From contig CAYQVV010000001.1 of assembly GCA_964421155.1 (NCBI GenBank), forward strand, positions 9,965 through 48,727: DNA of 38,763 bases. The letters are read 5' to 3'. A program made the translations under genes and the position numbers. Shown piece after piece: positions 8,956-16,795 of this stretch. This stretch comes from an uncultured Elusimicrobiaceae bacterium. GTDB taxonomy: Bacteria; RUG730. Numbering within the stretch: the stretch's first letter is position 1; each line of letters begins with the position of its first letter. The notes beneath the pieces were generated by a model. That model saw only the letters and a list, made by a program, of their open reading frames with translations. It was not told the DNA's origin and made no database searches.

Positions 8956-10017
8956 ATGAAAAGTTATAAGATAGGTGTAATTGGTGGGGACGGTACAGGT
9001 CCTGAAGTTGTTAAAGAAGCATTAAAAGTATTAAAAGTTGTTGAGAATAAATATAATTTTAAAACAGAATTAGTTGATTTTGATTTAGGTGGAGCTAGAT
9101 ATTTAAAAACTGGAGAAACTTGTCCAGATACTGTTTTAGACGATTTGAGAAAATTAGATTCAATACTTTTGGGAGCAATAGGTCATCCAGAAGTTAAGCC
9201 TGGAATTTTAGAGCAAGGAGTTCTTTTAAAAATTAGATTTGCTTTGGATCAATATATAAATTTAAGACCAGTTAAATTATATGAAAATGTGGAAACTCCT
9301 TTGAAAAATAAAGGGCCAAAAGAAATAGATTATGTTGTTGTTAGAGAGAATACAGAAGGTTTATATGCAGGAACAGGTGGATTTTTGAAAAAAGGGACAA
9401 AAGATGAAGTTGCTGTTCAAGAATCAGTTAATACTTATAAAGGTGTTGAAAGATGTTTGAGATATGCTTTTGAATATACAAGAAAAAGAAATAAAGATAA
9501 TAAGTTAACACTTTGTGGAAAAACTAATGTTTTGACATATGCTTTTGATTTGTGGAATAGAACATTTCAAGAGATGGGAAAAACAAAATATACTGATATA
9601 AAATTAGATTATGCACATGTTGACGCAACTTGTATGTGGATGGTAAAAAATCCTGAATGGTTTGATGTTATTGTTACTGATAATATGTTTGGAGATATAA
9701 TTACAGATTTGGGTGCTATTACTCAAGGGGGAATGGGTGTTGCGGCAGGAGGAAATATAAATCCTGATGAAGGTGGAGTTTCTATGTTTGAACCTATAGG
9801 TGGAAGTGCTCCAAAATATACAGGACAAAATGTTATCAATCCGATTGCATCTATAATGTCAGTTCAGATGATGTTAGATCATCTTGGAGAATCAGAAGCA
9901 GCTAAAAAAATAGAAGAAGCTGTTATGCAAGTTATAAAGACAATGCCTAGTCAAGCAGCAGGAAAGATGGGAATGGGAACAAATCAAGTTGGAGATGCTG
10001 TGGCAGGATTGATATAA
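8956..10017 (+). CDS. Isocitrate/isopropylmalate dehydrogenase-family enzyme (3-isopropylmalate or tartrate/D-malate dehydrogenase type)
   Basis: 353 aa. [64 protein letters not shown] are the family hallmarks. Substrate cannot be fixed by eye. No leuA/leuCD nearby. Confidence 0.8.
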   Translation: MKSYKIGVIGGDGTGPEVVKEALKVLKVVENKYNFKTELVDFDLGGARYLKTGETCPDTVLDDLRKLDSILLGAIGHPEVKPGILEQGVLLKIRFALDQYINLRPVKLYENVETPLKNKGPKEIDYVVVRENTEGLYAGTGGFLKKGTKDEVAVQESVNTYKGVERCLRYAFEYTRKRNKDNKLTLCGKTNVLTYAFDLWNRTFQEMGKTKYTDIKLDYAHVDATCMWMVKNPEWFDVIVTDNMFGDIITDLGAITQGGMGVAAGGNINPDEGGVSMFEPIGGSAPKYTGQNVINPIASIMSVQMMLDHLGESEAAKKIEEAVMQVIKTMPSQAAGKMGMGTNQVGDAVAGLI

Positions 10018-10033
10018 AAATGGATTTTTTATT

Positions 10034-10201
10034 ATGAAAAAAGGAAAAGTTTTGTTTACAGGTCATTTTGTAGAATATTTTTTTAAATCTTTATTTTTTA
10101 TAATTTTATCTGTAATTACTTTAGGGATAATGTTTCCTTATTATTTATATTGGAGTGTAAAATATTTTGTTGATAATTTAGAAATAGAAATTGATGAATA
10201 A
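10034..10201 (+). CDS. Possible 55-aa membrane mini-protein resembling one DUF898 (YjgN-type) repeat; could be a gene remnant
   Basis: Not in the ORF track (under 60 aa). My translation is MKKGKVLFTGHFVEYFFKSLFFIILSVITLGIMFPYYLYWSVKYFVDNLEIEIDE*. It matches the remembered YjgN repeat pattern F.G...EYF........L...ITLGI..P.......Y...N.E. No clear SD upstream. Confidence 0.3.
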   Translation: MKKGKVLFTGHFVEYFFKSLFFIILSVITLGIMFPYYLYWSVKYFVDNLEIEIDE

Positions 10202-10223
10202 TTTAATTTTTGAGGGTAAAAAA

Positions 10224-11237
10224 ATGAAAGGGTATAAAGTTATAGTTGCAGGTGCAACAGGTGCTGTTGGTAGGGAAATGATAAAAACATTGGAAAATAG
10301 AAATTTTCCAGTTAGTGAGTTAAAATTATTAGCTTCTAAAAGAAGTGTTGGTCAAAAAATAAAATTCAAAGGTAATGAATATATAGTAGAAGAATTAACA
10401 AAGGATTCATTTAAAGGGTATGATGTTGCTATATTTTCTGCTGGTGGAAGTGTTTCAAAAGAATTTGCTCCATATTGTGCAGAGGCTGGGTGTTATTGCA
10501 TAGATAATTCAAGTGCTTGGAGAATGGATAATGGAGTTCCTTTGGTTGTTCCAGAAGTAAATTCAAATGCATTAGAAAAAGGCAAATATATAATTGCAAA
10601 TCCAAACTGTTCTACTATTCAAATGGTTGTAGCATTAAAACCAATTCATGATTATGCGAAGATAAAAAGAGTTGTAGTTTCAACATATCAAGCAGTTTCT
10701 GGTGCAGGACAAAAAGGAATCCTTGATTTAAAAGATCAAATGACTGCTATTGAAAATGGGAAAAAAATTGAAATTAAACAATTTCAACATCAAATTGCAT
10801 TCAATGTTATTCCGCATATAGATGTATTTTTAGAAGATGGGTATACAAAAGAAGAAGTCAAAATGATAAAAGAAACAAATAAGATTATGGGTGATGATTC
10901 TATAAAAGTTACAGCTACGACGGTTAGAGTTCCAGTTTATAGAGGACATTCAGAATCTGTGAATATAGAAACAGAAAATCCTATTTCAAGAGAAAAAGCT
11001 ATTGAAATATTGTCAAAAGCTGATGGAGTTGTAGTTCAAGATAATCCTTCAAAAAATGAATATCCAATGCCTATTTTTGCAGAAGGTAAATATGAAACAT
11101 TTGTTGGAAGAATTAGAGAAGATAAAACTGTTATCAATGGATTAAATATGTGGGTTGTCAGTGATAATCTTTTGAAGGGTGCAGCATCCAATGCAGTTCA
11201 AATCGCAGAAGCTTTAGTTAAAAAAGGGATTATCTAA
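10224..11237 (+). CDS. asd: Aspartate-semialdehyde dehydrogenase
   Basis: VAGATGAVGREM NAD(P) loop, active-site IANPNCSTIQMV, SGAGQKG, RVPVYRGHSES. Start moved to ATG 10224 (SD gaggg 10212-10216), in frame with the track's TTG at 10191. Confidence 0.93.
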   Translation: MKGYKVIVAGATGAVGREMIKTLENRNFPVSELKLLASKRSVGQKIKFKGNEYIVEELTKDSFKGYDVAIFSAGGSVSKEFAPYCAEAGCYCIDNSSAWRMDNGVPLVVPEVNSNALEKGKYIIANPNCSTIQMVVALKPIHDYAKIKRVVVSTYQAVSGAGQKGILDLKDQMTAIENGKKIEIKQFQHQIAFNVIPHIDVFLEDGYTKEEVKMIKETNKIMGDDSIKVTATTVRVPVYRGHSESVNIETENPISREKAIEILSKADGVVVQDNPSKNEYPMPIFAEGKYETFVGRIREDKTVINGLNMWVVSDNLLKGAASNAVQIAEALVKKGII

Positions 11238-11246
11238 GTTTTAATA

Positions 11247-12119
11247 ATGAATAAAGAAATTTCTTTAGGAATAGATTTAGGATCTAGATTTGTAAAAATT
11301 GTATATGGATTAGACGCAGAAGATTATAAAACTTTTAAATTTGATACAATTTTTTTTTATAAAAACTTTTGTTTAAATAAACAAGAATCTAATAAAAAAA
11401 ATAGTAAAAGGTTATATTTAGATTTAGATAAATTAAAAAGAGTTTTAAATTTAAATAAAAATATTAGAAAAATTTTTGCTACTGGATATGGAAGGAATTT
11501 AGTTAATTTTAAAAATACACATATAATTTCTGAAATAGTAGCTCATTATTTGGGAGTAATTTTTTTAATTTCTAATAAAAAAATTGATTTAAAAAATGAT
11601 TCAAAATTGAGAAAAAATATTGATAAAGAGTTTTTTGTAGATAAAGATTTTTTAATATTAGATATTGGTGGGCAAGATACTAAAATTATTTCTGTTAAAA
11701 ATGGATTAATAGATGATTTTATTATGAATGATAAATGTGCTTCTGGTAGCGGTAGATATTTTGAGCAGATGGCTAGAATTTTGGATTTTCCTATAGATGA
11801 AATGGGAAAATATTATTTAAATCCGATACAACTTTCAAATACTTGTGCCATTTTTGGAGAAAGTGAAGTTATTTCTCATATAGTAAATGGTGAGAGTTTG
11901 GAAAATATAGCTAGTGGAGTAAATTTTTCTATTTTTTCTAAAATAAAAAAAGATTTGGAAAAATTTTCTCAAAATAATATTGTATTTGTTGGTGGAATGA
12001 ATAAGAATTTTTCTATAAAATATTTTATAGAAAATAATTTAAAAAATAAAAATGTTTTTAATCTAGAAATGAATGAATTTAATGGTGCTTTTGGATGTTT
12101 TTTAGAAGCATTAAAATAA
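11247..12119 (+). CDS. BadF/BadG/BcrA/BcrD-type ATPase (CoA-substrate-specific enzyme activase, HgdC-like)
   Basis: ASKHA-fold phosphate motifs LGIDLGSRFVKIV and LDIGGQDTKIISV. The two cluster-ligand cysteine contexts NDKCASGSGRYFE and TCAIFGESEVISH are present. No dehydratase or reductase partner adjacent. Confidence 0.75.
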   Translation: MNKEISLGIDLGSRFVKIVYGLDAEDYKTFKFDTIFFYKNFCLNKQESNKKNSKRLYLDLDKLKRVLNLNKNIRKIFATGYGRNLVNFKNTHIISEIVAHYLGVIFLISNKKIDLKNDSKLRKNIDKEFFVDKDFLILDIGGQDTKIISVKNGLIDDFIMNDKCASGSGRYFEQMARILDFPIDEMGKYYLNPIQLSNTCAIFGESEVISHIVNGESLENIASGVNFSIFSKIKKDLEKFSQNNIVFVGGMNKNFSIKYFIENNLKNKNVFNLEMNEFNGAFGCFLEALK

Positions 12120-12131
12120 AAAGGTTTTTTT

Positions 12132-13230
12132 GTGGATAAAAAGGAATTAGAATTATATTATAAAAGCATAAAAGAAAGTATTTCCGAAATAGGGAGGTTT
12201 CTTTGATATTGACAAAAAAATAGAAGAGTTAGATTTTTTAGAAAAAAAAACATTTGAATCTGCTTTTTGGGACAATCTAGAAAATTCTCAAGATACATTA
12301 CAAAAAATAAATAAATTAAAAACAGATATAAAAATTTTTCAAGAGTTATTGGAAGAAGCGAATAGTAATTACGAGTTATACTTGTTGGCAATAGAAGAAA
12401 AAGATTTTAATTTAATATCTGATTTAGAGCAAAATTTTGAAATAATTTTGAATAAAATAAAAAGTATAAATCTTGAATTAAAACTTAGTGGGAAATTTGA
12501 TAAAAATAATGCAATTCTGACATTGCATGCTGGTGCAGGTGGGACAGAATCTTGTGATTGGGCACAGATGCTTTTTCGAATGTATTGTAGATATATTGAA
12601 AGAAAAAATTTTAGTTTTGAAATTTTAGATATTTTGCCGGGAGAAGAAGTTGGAATCAAAAGTGTTGTAATTTTGGTTAAAGGTGAATATGCTTATGGAT
12701 ATTTGAAGTCTGAAATAGGAGTTCATAGATTAGTTAGAATTTCTCCATTTGATTCAAATAAGAGAAGACATACTTCCTTTGCATCGTGCGATGTTATTCC
12801 AGAAATAGAAGATGATATAGATATAAAAATAGAAGATAAAGATCTAAGAATTGATACTTATCGGGCATCTGGAGCTGGAGGACAACATGTTAATAAGACA
12901 GAGTCTGCTATCAGGATAACTCATTTGCCAACAGGAATAGTAGTTCAATGCCAAAATGAAAGATCACAGCATAAAAACAAAGAAACAGCTATAAAACTTT
13001 TAAAAGCTAGATTATTTGAACTTGAAGAAGAGAAAAGAAGAAGTGATACAGAAAAACATTATGATAATAAAGGCTCTATTGCCTGGGGAAGTCAAATTAG
13101 ATCTTATGTTTTTTGTCCATATACTCTTGTAAAAGATCATAGAACTAATTTTGAAGTTGGTAATTTGCAAGCAGTTATGGATGGAGAAATAACGGGTTTT
13201 ATAGAAGCATACTTAAGTATTAAAAGCTAA
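12132..13230 (+). CDS. prfB: Peptide chain release factor 2, expressed through a programmed +1 ribosomal frameshift at 12201-12207
   Basis: Frame-0 ORF GTG 12132 ... GGG AGG TTT CTT TGA (stop 12204-12206). The +1 frame continues from GAT 12205 and is in frame with the track ORF 12349..13230. The joined product is about 365 aa with the SPF tripeptide (RISPFDS) and GGQ (SGAGGQHVNKTESA). Confidence 0.9.
12192..12207 (+). promoter_or_regulatory. RF2 autoregulatory +1 frameshift site (internal SD-like GGGAGG, 3-nt spacer, slippery CTT followed by TGA)
   Basis: gggagg ttt ctt tga t read directly. Matches the canonical prfB recoding motif (SD-like element, CUU UGA). Confidence 0.85.
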
Positions 13231-13286
13231 ATAAATTTATAAATATAAATTTATAAAATAAAAAAATTTATAAAAGAGGTGTGAAT

Positions 13287-13739
13287 ATGCAAATTTCAGA
13301 ATTTTTATCTACAGATATGATAAAAGTTGGACTAGAAAGTACTTCGAAAAAAGATGTTATAATTGAAATGGTTGATATACTTGAAAAAGCTGGAAAAATA
13401 AAAGATAAAGAAACAATTATTAAGGCTTTGATGGAAAGAGAAAATTTAGGAACAACTGGAATAGGACAAGGGGTTGCTTTACCTCATGCAAAAACAGATT
13501 TAGTTCAAGATGTTTCTATAGTTTTGGGAATTTCTAAAAAAGGAATAAACTTTAGTTCACTTGATGGAGAGCCTGTTTATATAATATTTATGTTTTTATC
13601 TCCTGAAAAATCAGCAAGTTTACATTTAAAAGTTTTAGCAAAAGCATCTCAACTTTTAAAAGATAAATATTTTAGAGAACCTTTAAAAGAAATGAATTCA
13701 GCAGAAGAAGTTATAAAGATTATTAAAGAAGAGGAATAA
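13287..13739 (+). CDS. ptsN: PTS EIIA-Ntr-type regulatory protein (PtsN)
   Basis: About 150 aa EIIA(Fru/Ntr) fold with phosphorylatable His context GIGQGVALPHAK. Start at ATG 13287 (SD aagagg 13273-13278), in frame with the track's GTG at 13281. Confidence 0.8.
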   Translation: MQISEFLSTDMIKVGLESTSKKDVIIEMVDILEKAGKIKDKETIIKALMERENLGTTGIGQGVALPHAKTDLVQDVSIVLGISKKGINFSSLDGEPVYIIFMFLSPEKSASLHLKVLAKASQLLKDKYFREPLKEMNSAEEVIKIIKEEE

Positions 13740-13744
13740 GTTTT

Positions 13745-14686
13745 ATGGCGAGTATAAAACTTCAAGATATATATGAAAAAAAGAGAAAAATTTTAAACTT
13801 AGAAGTTTTAACTGAAAATGTCAATTTAGATAGAAATATAATGAATTCAGATGTAAATAGATTAGGATTAGCTTTGGCAGGCTATTTAGATTTTTTTGCA
13901 TATGATAGAGTTCAGGTATTAGGAAATACTGAAATTTTTTATTTTAATAATTTGGAAAGCAGTAAAAGATTAGAAGTTATAGAAAAAATTTTAAAAAATT
14001 TTAATATTCCTTGTTTTATATCAACAAATGGATTAATTCCAGCAAGCGAATTTTTAGATATTTGTAAAAAATATAAAACACCTGTTTTAAAAACAAGTAT
14101 GTCTACTTCTGATTTTGTCCGAGAAATGAATGCTTATATAGAAGATGAAATAGCTCCTAGAATTTCAATACATGGAGTTTTACTTGAGATGTATGGTTTG
14201 GGAGTTATAATTGTTGGGAAAAGTGGATCTGGAAAAAGTGAATGTGCTTTAGATTTAATTTATAAAGGACATCAACTTGTATGTGATGATTTGGTAAATA
14301 TAAAAAAGAAATCTGGTGGAATTTTAGTTGGTTTTGCGAATGAAATTTTGCCTTATCATATGGAAATAAGAGGATTAGGAATAATTAATATAAAACAGCT
14401 TTTAGGAGTTAGCTCAATATTGGATAAAACGAATATAGATCTTATGGTTGAGTTAGAAAATTGGGATTCAGAAAAGCAATATGATAGATTGGGGTGTGCT
14501 GGTATATATGAAAATATTTTAGGAGTAGATATTCCAAAAATAGTTATACCAGTTAAAGTTGGTAGAAATTTGGCTGGACTTGTAGAATTAGCAGCAATGA
14601 AGCATAGATTAATAAATCAAGGACATGATACTATAAAAGAATTAGATGAATGTTTGATTAATCATATAAATAAAAATAAAAAATAG
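13745..14686 (+). CDS. hprK: HPr kinase/phosphorylase
   Basis: 313 aa. P-loop GKSGSGKSECALDL, LVCDD, signature EIRGLGIINI. Located 5 nt after ptsN. Confidence 0.9.
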   Translation: MASIKLQDIYEKKRKILNLEVLTENVNLDRNIMNSDVNRLGLALAGYLDFFAYDRVQVLGNTEIFYFNNLESSKRLEVIEKILKNFNIPCFISTNGLIPASEFLDICKKYKTPVLKTSMSTSDFVREMNAYIEDEIAPRISIHGVLLEMYGLGVIIVGKSGSGKSECALDLIYKGHQLVCDDLVNIKKKSGGILVGFANEILPYHMEIRGLGIINIKQLLGVSSILDKTNIDLMVELENWDSEKQYDRLGCAGIYENILGVDIPKIVIPVKVGRNLAGLVELAAMKHRLINQGHDTIKELDECLINHINKNKK

Positions 14687-14693
14687 GGAAAAA

Positions 14694-15173
14694 ATGGATA
14701 AAAAAGATATTAATTTTATACAAATTTTTTATAAAAAAGATGATTTTGATGTTATTTCAAAATCTAAAAAAAATACAATGATTATTTCAGGATATAATAC
14801 TGATTTTTGTTTTAAAGTTGAGCATTTGTATGAATTTTTAGGGTTAGTTTCAGATAATGATTTAGAGGCTATAGCAGATAAATTATTGGTAGATCCAATA
14901 ATTCAAAAATATAGTATAAATTCAGATATACAAGATTCTAGATATAATGATTTTTATGTTATAGATGTTTGGTTAAAAAATGGAGTTACAGATTCTGTAG
15001 GAGAAACAATAGAAAGAAGCATAAAAACTTTAGAAATAAATGGAGATATAAAAGTCAAAACAGGAATTAGATATTTAGTAGAAAAAAAATATAGTATAGA
15101 TATTGTGGAAAATATGATAAAAAAATTATTTGTTAATTCCGTTATTAATGAATATTTTATAAAAAAAGTTTAA
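14694..15173 (+). CDS. Hypothetical protein with PurS / FGAM-synthase N-terminal-like sequence pattern
   Basis: 159 aa. LSDNDLEAIADKLLVDPIIQKY and VIDVWLKNGVTDSVGETIERSIKTLEINGDIKVKTGIRYLVE...KLFVNSVINEY resemble the PurS fold (V.V.LK.GV.D..G..I...L..LG....V..G..Y.L). No other pur genes are nearby. The product call is tentative. Confidence 0.35.
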   Translation: MDKKDINFIQIFYKKDDFDVISKSKKNTMIISGYNTDFCFKVEHLYEFLGLVSDNDLEAIADKLLVDPIIQKYSINSDIQDSRYNDFYVIDVWLKNGVTDSVGETIERSIKTLEINGDIKVKTGIRYLVEKKYSIDIVENMIKKLFVNSVINEYFIKKV

Positions 15174-15193
15174 TATAAAATTTATAAATTATT

Positions 15194-15487
15194 ATGAAAC
15201 AAAAATATAAAAATAAATATTTAGAGATTTCAAAAAACAAAAATAAAAGTATTGAAAATGATATTTTGAAAAAAGATTTTATTTCGATTAAATGTCCAAA
15301 TTGTAAATTTGATAATCAAAAAGATTCAGAAAAAAAATTTAATACTTGTTTTAAATGCGGACATCCGTTAGATTTTGAAATTAAGTTAAATATTAAGATT
15401 TATAAAATGTTTTTATTACTTTTGATTTTTTATTTTGTTATAACTTTTTTATTTATTATCGCAAATATATTATATAATTTAGTTTAA
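15194..15487 (+). CDS. Small zinc-ribbon protein with a C-terminal transmembrane anchor
   Basis: 97 aa. CPNC...(16 aa)...CFKCGH four-Cys ribbon followed by the hydrophobic helix MFLLLLIFYFVITFLFIIANILY. Confidence 0.5.
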   Translation: MKQKYKNKYLEISKNKNKSIENDILKKDFISIKCPNCKFDNQKDSEKKFNTCFKCGHPLDFEIKLNIKIYKMFLLLLIFYFVITFLFIIANILYNLV

Positions 15488-15501
15488 TTTGGATAAATAA
15501 A

Positions 15502-16041
15502 ATGATAGATAAAAATATAGAAATAGAAAAGGCTAAAAAAATTAAATTGATATTGATGGATGTTGATGGCGTTTTGACTAAAGGAGAAATAATTTTTGAT
15601 GCTTTAGGAAATGAAATCAAAGTTTGGGATGTTAAAGATGGGTTGAGCTTTTCTATAGTTAAGAGATTGCCAGATATAGATGTTGGTTGTATAACAGGTA
15701 GAAAATCTGAAAGTGTTAAAAAAAGAGCTGAAGATTTAGATATAAAATATTTATTTATGGGAGAGTTAGATAAAATTTCAGCATATAAAGAAATAAAAAA
15801 ACTTTCTAATTTAAAAGATGAAGAAATTGCATATATAGGAGATGATCTTATAGATTTACCTGTTTTAAGAGCTGTTGGATTGTCTATATGTCCTTTTGAC
15901 GCAGTTGAAGAGGTAATCAATATTTGTGACTTAAAAACAGATTGTATAGGTGGGAAAGGAGTTTTTAGATCTGTTCTGAAATTTGTTTTATCTGCACAAA
16001 ATCGTTGGGATAATATAGAAAAAATATTTGAGAAAAAATAA
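15502..16041 (+). CDS. kdsC: 3-deoxy-D-manno-octulosonate 8-phosphate phosphatase (HAD IIIA, KdsC)
   Basis: 179 aa. HAD motif I LILMDVDGVLT, motif IV AYIGDDLIDLPVL. Typical KdsC size. Confidence 0.85.
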   Translation: MIDKNIEIEKAKKIKLILMDVDGVLTKGEIIFDALGNEIKVWDVKDGLSFSIVKRLPDIDVGCITGRKSESVKKRAEDLDIKYLFMGELDKISAYKEIKKLSNLKDEEIAYIGDDLIDLPVLRAVGLSICPFDAVEEVINICDLKTDCIGGKGVFRSVLKFVLSAQNRWDNIEKIFEKK

Positions 16042-16102
16042 AAAAATATATTAAATAAATTCTAAAAAAAATCTAAATAAAAAAATTATAATTAATTTAT
16101 AC

Positions 16103-16750
16103 CTATAAAGATGGCATATCTATTATATTTCCTTCAAAATTTTCCACTATATATTTTTGGCTTGTTGTAAATATAGTCACAGCATTTGGATCTTTATATT
16201 TATTTATTAAATTCCATATTTTTTTTTCTGTTTGAGTATCTAGATGATTCATTGGTTCATCTAAAAGAATTATTTTGGGATTTGTTATTATAGCTCTTAG
16301 AATAGCTATTATTTGTTTTTTCCCTAATGTTAAATCTGTAGGGAATTTATCTTTTTCTTTTATGAAATTAGATTCTTCTAATATTTCTGTTACTTTATTT
16401 TTTATTGAATTAGAATTTTCTCCTTTTAAAATGAGAGGTAATGAAATATTTTCAAAAACAGTTTTTTCTTTTATTAAAAGTAAATTTTGCCAAACTATTC
16501 CTATTTGTTGTCTGTATGTAAGTAAATCACTTTTGCTAAATTTTTTAATATCATCTCCACATATTTTTATTTCTCCATTATCAGGATGTTCTTCGCCTAA
16601 TAATAAATTAAATATTGTAGTTTTTCCAGAGCCACTATTTCCATACAAAAAGTAGGTATTTCCATTATTGAATGTAAAATTAAAATCATTTAGAACTAAT
16701 TTTCCATTAAAAGATTTTGAAACATTTATAAATTGTATTATTTTAATCAT
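16103..16750 (-). CDS. FtsE-like ABC-type ATPase with degenerate signature and H-loop motifs
   Basis: 215 aa, colinear with remembered E. coli FtsE. Walker A GNSGSGKTT, Q-loop IGIVWQN and Walker B ILLDEP are intact. The signature is LTLGKKQ instead of LSGGxQQ, and the H-loop position reads TTSQ instead of ATHD. No FtsX-like permease on either side. Confidence 0.65.
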   Translation of the reverse strand: MIKIIQFINVSKSFNGKLVLNDFNFTFNNGNTYFLYGNSGSGKTTIFNLLLGEEHPDNGEIKICGDDIKKFSKSDLLTYRQQIGIVWQNLLLIKEKTVFENISLPLILKGENSNSIKNKVTEILEESNFIKEKDKFPTDLTLGKKQIIAILRAIITNPKIILLDEPMNHLDTQTEKKIWNLINKYKDPNAVTIFTTSQKYIVENFEGNIIDMPSL

Positions 16751-16795
16751 AATTTTATCCTATTATTTTTATTCTAGAAATGTTATTAAAAAATA

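Noticed and set aside
12158-13230. Apparent 5'-truncated or split prfB (track ORF begins at a TTG at 12349), which could be read as a pseudogene
   Set aside because: The upstream frame (12132-12206) ends exactly at the canonical CTT TGA recoding site, preceded by GGGAGG. This is programmed frameshifting, not gene decay.
13231-13257. AT-only direct and palindromic repeat (ataaatttataaa twice) after prfB, considered as a terminator
   Set aside because: The stem contains no G-C pairs, so its stability would be negligible. Such motifs are common in these spacers.
15456-15920. 154-aa minus-strand ORF from the track
   Set aside because: It is entirely antisense to the well-supported kdsC gene. 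Its composition is low-complexity Ser/Ile/Leu/Lys, typical of shadow frames in AT-rich DNA. It has no motif and no SD.
16275-16655. 126-aa plus-strand ORF
   Set aside because: It is antisense to the FtsE-like ATPase, whose Walker motifs fix the real frame.
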